From positions 1 through 26,200 of the forward strand of contig JAGCCQ010000030.1 in the NCBI GenBank assembly GCA_017651565.1: a DNA stretch of 26,200 bases, written 5' to 3'. This document shows positions 1 through 10,036 of the stretch, in pieces. The position numbers and the translations under genes were made by a program. The first letter of the stretch is position 1, and each line of letters opens with the position of its first letter. Origin of the DNA: Bacilli bacterium. GTDB taxonomy: Bacteria; Bacillota_I; Bacilli_A; RFN20; CAG-826. The notes under the pieces were generated by a model, which was not told the DNA's origin, did not search any database, and saw nothing but the letters and a program-made list of their open reading frames with translations.

Positions 1-2003
1 GGATGGGCCAAGTTTATAGATTCTGAGGTTTAACTGTTGGTGTTAACGCTAGAGCTAAATCTAACCAAGAAAAACGTGAAGCATACTTATGCGATATTAC
101 ATACACTACTAACTCGGAATTAGGTTTCGACTACTTAAGAGATAACATGGCTACTGAAATGAGCCGTAGAGTTTTACGTGGTTTGAACTTCTGTATCGTT
201 GACGAAGCTGACTCAATTTTAATTGATGAATCAAGAACTCCATTAATTATTTCTGGTGGTGCTAAGACAAGTGCTTCTCAATACACTGTTGCAGATAGAT
301 TCTGTAAAGCATTAAAGAAAGAAGTCGACTATGTCATTGATGTTAAAGAAAAGACAGTCAACCTAACAGATGATGGTAACAAAAAAGCTGAAAGAATGTT
401 CGGTATCAGAAACTTATATGATCCAGAATATGCTGATTTAGTCCATAGAATTCACAATGCATTAAAAGCAAACTACATCATGATTCGTGATGTTGACTAC
501 TTAGTAGACGCTGATAGACAAATTCAAATCATCGACCAATTCACAGGTCGTGTCCTTCCAGGTAGAGAATGGAGTGATGGTTTACACCAAGCTGTTCAAG
601 CTAAAGAAAACGTTGAAATTAAGCAAGAAACAGTCACTATGGCTACTATCACTTACCAAAACTTCTTCCGTTTATACAAGAAGTTAGCAGGTATGACTGG
701 TACTGCAAAAACTGAAGAAGAAGAATTCAGAAAAATCTATAACATGAGAGTTATGCCTATTCCAACAAATAGACCAATTCAAAGAATTGATGCTCTCGAT
801 TACGTATATGCAAGAAAAGCTCCAAAGTTAAGAGCACTCATCAAAGAAGTTAAAGAACGTCATGAAAAAGGTCAACCAATATTAATTGGTACTGTTTCAG
901 TCGAATCTTCTGAAGAAATCAGCGCTATGTTAACTGAAGCTGGTCTTCCACACGAAATGTTGAACGCAAAGAACCACGCACGTGAAGCTGAAATCATCTC
1001 ACACGCCGGTGAAAAAGGTCATATTACTTTAGCTACTAACATGGCAGGTCGTGGTACTGATATCAAAATCAACGATGAAGTCAGAGCTTTAGGTGGTTTA
1101 TGTGTTTTCGGTACAGAAAGACATGAATCAAGACGTATTGATAACCAATTACGTGGTCGTGCTGGTCGTCAAGGTGACCCAGGCTTCACTAGATTCTATG
1201 TATCATTCGAAGATACTTTGTTAATCAGATTCGCTGCTGATAATATCAGAAACTATATTGAAAAGAACTTCGGCGAAGAAGCATTAGAAGCAAAAATGGT
1301 TACTAATGTTATCACTAGTGCTCAAAAGAGAATTGAAGGTCAAAACTTCGATACTCGTAAATCATTACTTGAATATGATGATGTCTTAGCAAAGCAAAGA
1401 CAAATCATTTATGACAAGAGAGATAGAATCATTGAAGGCCGTGCTATTGATGACTTAATCGATGAAATCTTTGATACAACTGGTAACTTCTTAGCAAACA
1501 AAGCAGTTCCAAGTGATTCAAGAGAAAAACTCGTCTCAGGTAAAGACCTAGTTAAGGTCGTTGAACCAAGATTCTTACCTGAAGGTAGCATTAATCCTAA
1601 CCTCTATGAAGAATCACCTGTTGAAGAATGCGCACCTGATTTAGGTATCGTCATTAAAGACAGATACATGGATTTGAGAAAATCATGGGAAGTCGAAGAT
1701 GAAAACAAAGATAAGTTCGAAAGAGCTATCATCTTACACTGTATTGACCAAAACTGGACAAAACATATCGACGCTATGGCTAGATTAAGAGAAGGTATCT
1801 TCTTAAGAAGCTATGCTAACGTCAACCCATTACAAGACTACGTTAACGAAGGTTATCGTATGTTTAGAGAATGCTTAGAAATCGCTTATGTTGATTCTGT
1901 TTTAAACTTAGTTAACTTAAAACCACAAAAGAGAGAACCTGAGCCACAACCAGAAGAAGATAAGTGTGCAAACTGCCCTGAAAACAAGGGAGAAGATAAG
2001 TAA
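1..2003 (+). CDS. secA: Preprotein translocase ATPase SecA, 5'-partial. It continues upstream of the window. An in-frame TGA lies at 24-26.
   Basis: The ORF 147..2003 contains the SecA motifs IVDEADSILIDESRTPLIISG, LAGMTGTAKTEEEEF and TNMAGRGTDIK. The same frame stays open back to nt 27 and encodes [41 protein letters not shown], a conserved SecA block. Frame 0 from nt 3 gives [15 protein letters not shown]. The stop is TAA at 2001-2003. Confidence 0.9.
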
Positions 2004-2004
2004 A

Positions 2005-3115
2005 ATGAAAGACATTGTTCTTTTAAAACAAGAACTATGTGCTGTTGGTGAAAAAATACACCAACTCGGGTGCTCACTTTGACCTCGATAAATTAAAAAA
2101 AGAGGTTGAAGAGTTTTCTAGTGAAACTGAAAAGGATAATTTCTGGAACGATAGAGCTAATGCTCTTGAAGTAATTAATAAATTAAATCACTCTAAAAAT
2201 ATTTTAGAAACATATACAAAATTAAGCACAAACTATGCTGACTTGTGTGAACTTTTAGATTTAGGCGATGATTCACTTATAGATCAAATCGAAGAATCTA
2301 TTGAATCTTTAAAGTCAGAAAGCCGTGATTTTGAGCTTGAAATCCTTTTTACAGGTGAATTCGATGGCCTTAACGCCATCATTGATATTCACCCTGGTGC
2401 AGGTGGCACAGAAGCACAAGATTGGGCTGATATGTTATATAGAATGTATGTAATGTATGCTCAAAATCACAAAATGAAAATGCAACTCATCTCATACGAA
2501 CCAGCTGATGATGCAGGTTTAAAGAGTGTTTCCTTTAAGATATGTGGTCATAACGCATATGGCCTCCTTAAAGGCGAAAAAGGTGTACATAGACTAGTTA
2601 GAATATCACCTTTTGACGCAAATAAAAGGAGACACACATCATTTGCTAGTGTTCTAGTTACACCTGAATTTAAGGATGATAACCTTGATATTCAAATTAA
2701 TGAATCAGACTTAAAAGTCGATACATATAGAAGTGGAGGCGCTGGCGGACAAAACGTCAACAAAGTTGAGACTGCTGTTAGAATCACTCACTTACCTACA
2801 GGTATCGTGGTTTCATGTCAAATTGAAAGAAGTCAGTTGCTTAATAAAGAAACTGCTATGAGTATGCTTAAATCAAAGCTCTACTTAATAGAGTTAGAGA
2901 AGAGACAATCTAAAGTTAATAACGTTACAGGGGAAAAGAAAAATATTGAATGGGGTAGTCAGATTAGAAGCTATGTCTTCTGTCCATACACATTAGTCAA
3001 AGACAATAGAACTGATTACGAGGAAACTGATGTTATAGGAGTTATGAATGGGGGCATAGACAACTTCTTAACTGCTTATTTGCAAAAGGAGGCAAAAGAA
3101 AATGGCCAAATTTAA
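2005..3115 (+). CDS. prfB: Peptide chain release factor 2, translated through a +1 programmed frameshift: frame 1 from 2005..2079, then frame 2 from 2081..3115.
   Basis: ATG at 2005 encodes [25 protein letters not shown] and then meets an in-frame TGA at 2080-2082 inside the canonical CTT TGA C slippery motif. The +1 frame continues as DLDKLKKEV... and carries the RF2 motifs SPF ([11 protein letters not shown]) and GGQ ([12 protein letters not shown]). A GGGTG Shine-Dalgarno-like element lies a few nt upstream of CTT. Confidence 0.9.
2077..2083 (+). other. Programmed +1 ribosomal frameshift site CTT TGA C, used for prfB autoregulation.
   Basis: The heptamer cttTGAc sits at 2077-2083. An internal SD-like cgggtg lies upstream. 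Both the frame-0 leader and the frame-+1 body are homologous to RF2. Confidence 0.85.
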
Positions 3116-4049
3116 GAAACCTTTACTCATTAAAATACTTAAGTATTCTCTTGTTGTTTTAGGATCAATCTTTGTTGCGTTCGGTAATACTGTATTCCTC
3201 ACACCACTCGATATTAACGCTGGTGGACTTAACGGTATTGGTATTATCCTTATGAATTTTGCTAGCGAATCATCAAAGATGATTGTTTATAACATTGTTA
3301 TTTACGCTTTAAGTATTATCTTATGGTTTGTTGGATTTTTCTTAATTAGCAAAGAATTTGCTATTAAGACATTGGTCTCAACTATTGTTTTCCCATTAGC
3401 TACTTCTTTATTCACTATTATTCCTGGTACAAAAGACTTCGCAGCAAACATCACAAATATTCTTTTAAGCTACGGAAGTGAACCTACAATAGGCACTTAT
3501 CTGCTATTTGCTATGGTTGGTGGCGTTCTTGTTGGCTTCGGAGTAGCTATTACTTTCATGGGTGGAGGCTCAACAGGCGGTGTAGACGTGTTAACCTTTG
3601 TCTTTGAGAAGTTTTTAAGAATTAAACAATCTATTGGAAGTTTCATCGTAGATGGCCTTGTAGTCACACTTGGTTTGTGTATTTTATGCCCAATTGACGC
3701 ACAAAAATACCTCTTACCATGTTTCGCTGGTATTTTATCTATCACAATCTCTGCATTAATGATAGATATCATTTATGTAGCTTTCTTAACTGTATATCAA
3801 GTAGACGTTATCTCTAGCCAATGGGAAAAGATTTCTAAATATGCCCAAGATAAGATTGGTAGAGGTGCCACTATCATCTATGCAAAAGGTGGTTACCAAG
3901 GGGATGAACGCGTTATGGTTCGTATTGTTTTATCTAAAATCCAATATGAAGACCTTAGAGCATTCATTTCAGAAGTCGACCCATCTGCATTCATTACAAT
4001 TACAACAACTAAAGCAGTATTCGGAGAAGGTTTTAAACCAAATAAATAA
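3102..4049 (+). CDS. YitT-family membrane protein with DUF161 plus a C-terminal DUF2179 domain.
   Basis: The protein is a multi-pass hydrophobic protein whose C-terminal soluble domain ([48 protein letters not shown]) is typical of YitT/YqfU. The RBS aaggagg lies upstream of ATG 3102. It overlaps the prfB end by 14 nt. Confidence 0.75.
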   Translation: MAKFKKPLLIKILKYSLVVLGSIFVAFGNTVFLTPLDINAGGLNGIGIILMNFASESSKMIVYNIVIYALSIILWFVGFFLISKEFAIKTLVSTIVFPLATSLFTIIPGTKDFAANITNILLSYGSEPTIGTYLLFAMVGGVLVGFGVAITFMGGGSTGGVDVLTFVFEKFLRIKQSIGSFIVDGLVVTLGLCILCPIDAQKYLLPCFAGILSITISALMIDIIYVAFLTVYQVDVISSQWEKISKYAQDKIGRGATIIYAKGGYQGDERVMVRIVLSKIQYEDLRAFISEVDPSAFITITTTKAVFGEGFKPNK

Positions 4050-4051
4050 AA

Positions 4052-6028
4052 ATGAGTGAAAATAGCTTTAAGATTGTTTCTAAATTCAAGCCTACTGGGG
4101 ATCAACCAGCTGCTATCGAAAAATTGGTAGCAGGCCTTAATAATGGTAAAAAACTCCAAGTATTATTAGGTGCAACTGGTACTGGTAAGACTTTTACTAT
4201 GGCAAACATCATCGAACAAACTCAAAGACCTACCCTTGTTTTAGTTCATAACAAGACACTTGCTGGGCAATTATATTCAGAATTTAAAGAACTCTTCCCT
4301 AATAACAGGGTTGAGTATTTCGTATCTAACTTCGATTTCTATCAACCAGAAGCATATATTCCTAAAAGCGACACTTACATCGATAAGAACGCCGTTATGA
4401 ATGAAGAAATTGAAATGCTTAGAACATCTGCTATCAACTCAGTAATCGAAAGACGAGACACTATTGTTGTTGCATCTGTTGCGTCCATTTATGGCTTAAC
4501 CGACCCAGATGAATATAAAAGATTAGTATTTGATATACGTGTTGGTGAAACAATCAACATCAATGGTTTCTTAAAAAGATTAGTAGATGCTCAATATAAG
4601 AGAAATAACTTAGATCCTGCTCCAGGTACTTTTAGAGTTAGAGGGGACACTATTGAGTTAATTCCTACAAACGTTAGTGAGAATGAAGTCATCCGTATTG
4701 AGTTATTCGGTGAAGAAATTGAAAAGATTACACATTTGAACTTATTAACAGGTGAAGTAAAGCATAGATACAATACTTATCCAATCTTCCCTGCGTATGA
4801 CCATGCATCAACACACGAAAGAATCAAACACGCTACCGAAACTATTAAAGAAGAATTAAAAGAAAGACTCGAATTCTTTAAATCTAATGAGAAGTACTTA
4901 GAAGCTGAAAGATTAGAAATGAGAACTAATCAAGATGTAGAAAGTATGCTTGAGTTCGGTATATGCCCTGGAATTGAAAACTATTCGAGACATATTGATA
5001 GAAGAAAACCAGGAGAAAGGCCATTCTGTCTTGTCGACTACTTCCCTAAAGATTTCCTTCTTTTTATCGATGAGTCTCACGTAACATTCCCTCAATTAAG
5101 AGGTATGTATAATGGCGATAGAAGTAGAAAAGAGACTCTCGTTGAATATGGATTTAGGCTTCCATCTGCATTAGATAATAGACCTTTAAGATTTGAAGAG
5201 TTTGAATCACTTATCAATCAAGTCATTTGTACATCAGCTACTCCTGGTGATTACGAACTTGAAAAGACTGACAATGAAATCGTTGAACAAATCATTCGTC
5301 CAACTGGTTTATTAGATCCTGTTATTGAAGTAAGGCCTACTGCAGGACAAGTTGAAGACTTACTCCATGAGATCAAAGTTAGAAACGAACGTAATGAAAG
5401 AACAATGATTGTCACTCTAACAATTAGAATGGCAGAAGACTTAACAAACTATCTTAAAGAACGAGGAATCAAGGTTGCTTATTTGCATCATGAAACCAAG
5501 ACTTTAGAGAGAAGTGAGATAATTTATCAACTCAGAAAAGGTAAATATGATGTACTTATTGGAATTAACCTACTTCGTGAAGGTTTGGATATTCCAGAAG
5601 TTAGCTTAATTTGTATCTTAGATGCTGATAAAGAAGGATTCCTTAGAAGTGGACGTTCTCTCATCCAAGTTACAGGTAGAGCTGCGCGTAACGCTAGAGG
5701 TTTAGTTGTTATGTACGCAGATAACATCACAGACTCAATGAGATACTGTATCGATGAGACTAATCGTAGAAGAGCTATTCAAAAGGCTTATAACGATGAA
5801 AACGGCATTGTTCCTACAACCATCATTAAAGAAATCCGTGCTCCAATTAGAAACAGTGATGACGAGATTTCTGAGATGATTCAACTCTCTAAACATGGTA
5901 CAAGAAAAGAACGTGAAGCAAAAGTTAAGGGCTTAGAAAAACAAATGCATCAAGCTGCAAAAGACCTTGATTTTGAAAAGGCAGCTGAGCTTCGAGATAT
6001 AATTCTCGAATTAAAAAGCGGCATTTAA
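4052..6028 (+). CDS. uvrB: Excinuclease ABC subunit B.
   Basis: The N-terminus [20 protein letters not shown] and the Walker A motif GATGTGKT are present. Helicase motifs and a C-terminal UvrB/UvrC interaction helix ([14 protein letters not shown]) are also present. Length is 658 aa. Confidence 0.95.
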   Translation: MSENSFKIVSKFKPTGDQPAAIEKLVAGLNNGKKLQVLLGATGTGKTFTMANIIEQTQRPTLVLVHNKTLAGQLYSEFKELFPNNRVEYFVSNFDFYQPEAYIPKSDTYIDKNAVMNEEIEMLRTSAINSVIERRDTIVVASVASIYGLTDPDEYKRLVFDIRVGETININGFLKRLVDAQYKRNNLDPAPGTFRVRGDTIELIPTNVSENEVIRIELFGEEIEKITHLNLLTGEVKHRYNTYPIFPAYDHASTHERIKHATETIKEELKERLEFFKSNEKYLEAERLEMRTNQDVESMLEFGICPGIENYSRHIDRRKPGERPFCLVDYFPKDFLLFIDESHVTFPQLRGMYNGDRSRKETLVEYGFRLPSALDNRPLRFEEFESLINQVICTSATPGDYELEKTDNEIVEQIIRPTGLLDPVIEVRPTAGQVEDLLHEIKVRNERNERTMIVTLTIRMAEDLTNYLKERGIKVAYLHHETKTLERSEIIYQLRKGKYDVLIGINLLREGLDIPEVSLICILDADKEGFLRSGRSLIQVTGRAARNARGLVVMYADNITDSMRYCIDETNRRRAIQKAYNDENGIVPTTIIKEIRAPIRNSDDEISEMIQLSKHGTRKEREAKVKGLEKQMHQAAKDLDFEKAAELRDIILELKSGI

Positions 6029-6044
6029 TAAAATAAACGTTGCT

Positions 6045-6064
6045 TAATTTAACCGGTTAAATTA
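6045..6064. promoter_or_regulatory. Perfect 20-bp palindrome TAATTTAACCGGTTAAATTA between uvrB and secG. It may act as a terminator hairpin or a protein-binding site.
   Basis: The sequence is exactly self-complementary. It lies 17 nt after the uvrB stop and 30 nt before the secG start. It is followed by only a weak T-run (attattatat). Confidence 0.35.
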
Positions 6065-6094
6065 TTATATACAAGCGATAAAGGAGAAGATTTT

Positions 6095-6319
6095 ATGGGC
6101 GCTTTAGACTGGATCTTATTAGTGTTTTCAATCGTAATTATCATTTTATGTTTATTACAAGGCGGTAAATCAGAAGGTGCTTCTGGTGCTATTACTGGTG
6201 GGGGCTTAAACGTTTTCGTTAAGACAAAAGAAAGAGGAGCTGAAAAGGTTCTTTCCATTCTCACATTAGTCTGCGCAGTCGTATTCTTCTTATTAGCTTT
6301 GATTATTCAAATTTTCTAA
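6095..6319 (+). CDS. secG: Preprotein translocase subunit SecG.
   Basis: A 74-aa protein with two TM segments flanking a Gly-rich loop (GASGAITGGGLNVF), as is typical of SecG. The RBS aaaggag lies 7 nt upstream. Confidence 0.85.
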   Translation: MGALDWILLVFSIVIIILCLLQGGKSEGASGAITGGGLNVFVKTKERGAEKVLSILTLVCAVVFFLLALIIQIF

Positions 6320-6333
6320 TTACAAAACAAAGC

Positions 6334-6370
6334 AAAAAAATCCCAGCCACACGGTTGGGATTTTTGTTTT
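6334..6370. terminator. Bidirectional rho-independent terminator between secG (+ strand) and the convergent membrane protein gene (- strand).
   Basis: A-run, then stem ATCCCAGCC, loop ACAC, stem GGTTGGGAT, then TTTTTGTTTT. Confidence 0.7.
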
Positions 6371-6379
6371 TCCTATAAA

Positions 6380-7159
6380 TTATTCCTTAATGATTAATTC
6401 GTTTTTATCTTCGCTAGAATCATTTGAACTTACATCAATTTCGAGAACTGGCTTTTCTTCAGCAACATCGTTATCGAATACTTCTGGTTCAGGTTGACGT
6501 TTAGCTTCTGGCTCTTCGTCTTTCTTCTTTTTCTTATCCTTTTTATCTTTTTTAGGATTATCTCTAACTTCTTCAGCAGGTCCTTTTTGTTCAATACCAA
6601 TGTTATTTGCTTCCATTGCTCTTTTAATAGTGAGCCAGATTTCACCACCACCAACAAGGATTAACACGCCACCTAAAACAAGGTAACAAATATCAACAAC
6701 TTTATCTCTAAAGATTAAGCATAATACTCCAGCAGCAATAAACAAGACTGCTAAAGCAATACACATACCAATCCACCAAACTTTAAGCTTCTTAGCGAAA
6801 GCCATAATAGTTCTAGCAGTAAATGCAGCACCAAATGTTAATAAAGATGCAGCGATAAGACTTACAATAATGTCTTTTAATAAGTCGATGTTCATAACAA
6901 ATACAACACCAACTGCTACTATGAATGCACCAATTAAAATTTCATATTTAAAGAACTTATCTTTTAATTCTAAGAAACTCGAAAATACAATGGTAAAACC
7001 ATATGCAAATAATACAATAGCCAATGCTACACTAAGGACTAAGCTTACATCGCCATCTTCATTAGCGAACGTATAGATAATTGTGATGGCACCAGCAACA
7101 AAGAGGAGAATTCCCCACATAACTTGCATCCATCTATGTTTTTGAAATAACGAATTCAT
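6380..7159 (-). CDS. Polytopic membrane protein, HdeD/DUF308-like (tentative), with a Lys/Glu-rich C-terminal tail.
   Basis: The start was moved to the internal ATG at 7159 (MNSLFQKHRWMQ...), which is preceded by GAGGTG. The longer ORF to 7231 reads through the AT-rich promoter. The protein has about six TM helices with repeated W/G-x-IL-x-GIL patterns, then a tail KKDKKDKKKKKDEEPEAKRQPEPE.... Confidence 0.6.
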   Translation of the reverse strand: MNSLFQKHRWMQVMWGILLFVAGAITIIYTFANEDGDVSLVLSVALAIVLFAYGFTIVFSSFLELKDKFFKYEILIGAFIVAVGVVFVMNIDLLKDIIVSLIAASLLTFGAAFTARTIMAFAKKLKVWWIGMCIALAVLFIAAGVLCLIFRDKVVDICYLVLGGVLILVGGGEIWLTIKRAMEANNIGIEQKGPAEEVRDNPKKDKKDKKKKKDEEPEAKRQPEPEVFDNDVAEEKPVLEIDVSSNDSSEDKNELIIKE

Positions 7160-7222
7160 ACAAATGCACCTCGCGGTTATTATATAATATATCAAATTAA
7201 TGTTAAACAAAGGAGAACAACA

Positions 7223-8449
7223 ATGGACCAAAAATTGTTAAAGGATTACGCTAGATTACTCTCTAAACGTGGCGTAAATGTTCAAAAAGGGGATGAAGTA
7301 TGGGTTTATGCTTCTCTTGATCAACCTGATTTCACAAGAATGGTAGTCGAACAATTATATAAAGATGGCGCTAAATTTGTTCGTGTTATCTTTAGTGATG
7401 ATGCATGTGTAAGACATACTTATAAAAATGCAACATTATCAACATTAGCAAAGCTCCCTCCATATAGACTTGCTGAATTAAAATATAGAGCTAAAAAGCT
7501 TCCTTCAGTTCTTTACATCATGGGTGAAGATCCTAACGCAATGAAAGGTGTAAACCAAAATAAAATTGCAAAATCAAGAATGAAACAATATCCAAAAATT
7601 AAACCATATAGAGATGCAATGGATGGTAAATACAAATGGTGCATCGGTGCAATACCAAATGCTGCATGGGCTAAAATGGTTTTCCCTAAAGATAGTGAAG
7701 AAGTTGCTATCGAAAAATTATGGGATGCAATTCTTTCAACATCCAGAGTTGATGGAAATGACCCAGTAGAAAACTGGAATAAACATAACGCTATCCTCAT
7801 TGAAAAGAGAAAGAAACTCGAATTATTTGGATTAGTAGAACTTCAATATAAAGCAAGCAACGGTACTGACTTCAAAGTCGGCTTAGATGAATATAGAGTC
7901 TGGGGTGGCGGTATGGAAGTAGTTAAAGATAAAGGTGACTTCAACCCAAATATTCCTTCAGAAGAAGTATTTACTTCACCAGTTGCTGGTAAAGCAGAAG
8001 GTTTATTAGTTGCAAGCAAACCACTTTCATACAATGGCGAACTCATCGAAGACTTCTCAGTTAGATTCAAAGACGGTAAAGTCGTTGAAGTCAAAGCAAA
8101 GAAGGGACAAAAATTGCTTGAACAAATGGTCAAGATGGATGAAGGCGCTTCAATGTTAGGCGAATGTGCTTTAATCGCTTACGATACTCCAATTAGAAAA
8201 ACTGGATTATTATTCTACAACACATTATTTGATGAAAATGCAGCATGTCACTTTGCATTAGGTGCAGGCTTCCCAGATTGTATCAAAGGTGGCTTAGATA
8301 TGTCTCATGAAGAATTAGTAGAACACAAAATGAACGAATCAATGATTCACGTTGACTTCATGATTGGTACTGCTGACTTAGATGTTGTTGGTATTACAAA
8401 AGACGGCAAAAAAGTCCAAATCTTCAAAGATGGTAACTGGGCATTCTAA
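7223..8449 (+). CDS. M29-family aminopeptidase (AmpS/PepS-like thermophilic metalloprotease family).
   Basis: A 408-aa protein with family-typical length and motifs (GEDPNAMKGVN, NIPSEEVFTSP, HFALGAG). The RBS aaaggag is present. Confidence 0.8.
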   Translation: MDQKLLKDYARLLSKRGVNVQKGDEVWVYASLDQPDFTRMVVEQLYKDGAKFVRVIFSDDACVRHTYKNATLSTLAKLPPYRLAELKYRAKKLPSVLYIMGEDPNAMKGVNQNKIAKSRMKQYPKIKPYRDAMDGKYKWCIGAIPNAAWAKMVFPKDSEEVAIEKLWDAILSTSRVDGNDPVENWNKHNAILIEKRKKLELFGLVELQYKASNGTDFKVGLDEYRVWGGGMEVVKDKGDFNPNIPSEEVFTSPVAGKAEGLLVASKPLSYNGELIEDFSVRFKDGKVVEVKAKKGQKLLEQMVKMDEGASMLGECALIAYDTPIRKTGLLFYNTLFDENAACHFALGAGFPDCIKGGLDMSHEELVEHKMNESMIHVDFMIGTADLDVVGITKDGKKVQIFKDGNWAF

Positions 8450-8452
8450 TTG

Positions 8453-8764
8453 CTAGTAGTTTTCCAAATATAACAAATCTATAAAAGCAATCGTCACGTC
8501 ATCCGATGTGACGATTTTTTTGTTCATAACATCTATCTTCTTAAGTGAAGATATTGTCTCGTAGACACGTCCGCGTTTAAAAAAGCGGATCTTTAAATCT
8601 TGGTTATGATAATTAACTAATATTTCATTTATCTCTTCAGCAACATCTTGAGATATTTTAGGTCTTTCAATCTTTTTATTATCTTCATATGTACCTTCTA
8701 AAGATGGGGCTTGCTCCACTAATGATTTATATGGAGCCCACTTTTTCATTCCACGATCGCTCAT
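8453..8764 (-). CDS. YolD-like protein. It is the proposed UmuD-like accessory factor of Y-family polymerases.
   Basis: A 103-aa protein with the N-terminal motif DRGMKKWAPYKSL, which is typical of the YolD family. Its start ATG overlaps the stop of the upstream Y-family polymerase gene as ATGA at 8761-8764. Confidence 0.7.
   Translation of the reverse strand: MSDRGMKKWAPYKSLVEQAPSLEGTYEDNKKIERPKISQDVAEEINEILVNYHNQDLKIRFFKRGRVYETISSLKKIDVMNKKIVTSDDVTIAFIDLLYLENY
8486..8522. terminator. Rho-independent terminator for the aminopeptidase gene, embedded in the 3' end of the convergent yolD-like CDS.
   Basis: Stem AATCGTCAC, loop gtcatccgat, stem GTGACGATT, then TTTTTTT. Confidence 0.65.
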
Positions 8765-10008
8765 TTCCTATGGCCTCCAATTTGATTATGTCTTTCAATA
8801 GCAGTACTTCCATCCATTAAGGCACTTGCTCTTAATATAGAGTTCTTACCGTATTTCTTATGTAACTTATCAATAGCTTTCTGCATATCTTGAATCTTAA
8901 TTTGTTTAGTTCCGTCTTCAAATAGATTGAGCTGTCTATAATCATCATTTTCTAATTTTCCAAAACCTATTCCTACACGACGAACAAATCTAGATTCATC
9001 CATATGCTTGTTATAGATTTCTAGGCATGCTTTAAATAACTCTTCAGCGTTATCAGTGGATGTTAATAAAGACATTTGTCTAGCAAAGCCACCTTCTACT
9101 GAATATCCAATAAATAAAGACACTACATTAGTGAGTTTACCTTCTTCTCTCATTCTAAAAGACAAGTCATCAATCATTTCTCTGATGATAGTTTTAGTTT
9201 CTGTAGCGTTATAGTCTCTAGGTAAGACTTGTCCGATATTAAGGCTATGTTCTTTAGGAATATATACTTCATGAACATCAGCTTCATCAATACCATTTGC
9301 ATGGTTGTACATTTGTTCACCCATAATACCGAATTTAGATACGACGAATTCTTTATCTGAAGTAGCTAAATCTCCTAATGTGTATATACCTAATCTATTT
9401 AATCTAACTTCTAATCGTGGACCTATGCCCCATATCTTAGTCAATGGAGTGATTGGCCACATTCTTTCTTTAATTTCATTTTGTCTAAGAACTGCGATAC
9501 CGTTTTTCTCATGCTTAGCAAAGTTATCTAAAGCAACTTTAGCTAAGAAGAAGTTATCTCCAATGCCACCAGTAGCGGTTAATCCTGTTTCATCTTGTAT
9601 CTTTTGAATTAACATCTCTACAAACTCAACTGGTGTCTTTTTATAGTAAGGAAGATAACTAGTCATATCAATGAATGCTTCATCAATTGAATAGACATGA
9701 ATATCTTCATACGCAACTAAGCTAAGAATAATTGACACTACCTTACTAGACATCTCAATATATCTAGCCATACGTGGTGTTGCATATATATATTTATAAC
9801 TCTTTGGTAGTTCCTTAACTCTACATCTAGAAGGAACACCTTTAGCTTTTAGATAAGGAGATACGCTTAAAACAATAGTGTTAGGGCTTCTTGAAATATC
9901 CGCCACTACTAAAGATGTTTTGAAAGGGTCTAGACCCCTATCTAAACACTCTACAAAAGAGTAAAAAGCTTTTAAGTCAATAACAGCAATCTGTCTTTCT
10001 TGATTCAT
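8761..10008 (-). CDS. Y-family (UmuC/DinB/UvrX-like) translesion DNA polymerase.
   Basis: The N-terminus QIAVIDLKAFYSFVE... matches the Y-family catalytic core (IMS domain), and SIDEAFIDMT provides the catalytic acidic residues. Length is 415 aa. It is translationally coupled to the yolD-like gene. Confidence 0.9.
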   Translation of the reverse strand: MNQERQIAVIDLKAFYSFVECLDRGLDPFKTSLVVADISRSPNTIVLSVSPYLKAKGVPSRCRVKELPKSYKYIYATPRMARYIEMSSKVVSIILSLVAYEDIHVYSIDEAFIDMTSYLPYYKKTPVEFVEMLIQKIQDETGLTATGGIGDNFFLAKVALDNFAKHEKNGIAVLRQNEIKERMWPITPLTKIWGIGPRLEVRLNRLGIYTLGDLATSDKEFVVSKFGIMGEQMYNHANGIDEADVHEVYIPKEHSLNIGQVLPRDYNATETKTIIREMIDDLSFRMREEGKLTNVVSLFIGYSVEGGFARQMSLLTSTDNAEELFKACLEIYNKHMDESRFVRRVGIGFGKLENDDYRQLNLFEDGTKQIKIQDMQKAIDKLHKKYGKNSILRASALMDGSTAIERHNQIGGHRK

Positions 10009-10036
10009 AGTCTCATTGTATCAAATCAGTACTTAA

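Noticed and set aside
1409-5730. Short antisense ORFs of 60-91 aa within secA, prfB, yitT and uvrB (1409..1591, 1886..2077, 3497..3772, 3893..4159, 4591..4773, 4913..5095, 5527..5730).
   Set aside because: They are nested antisense inside conserved housekeeping genes, with no RBS and low-complexity translations.
6380-7231. Longer N-terminal extensions proposed by the ORF track for four minus- or plus-strand genes (6380..7231, 12576..14879, 22414..23100, 15560..17155).
   Set aside because: The extensions read through AT-rich promoters or upstream genes and lack an RBS. Internal ATGs with good SD sequences and signal-peptide or TM starts were chosen instead.
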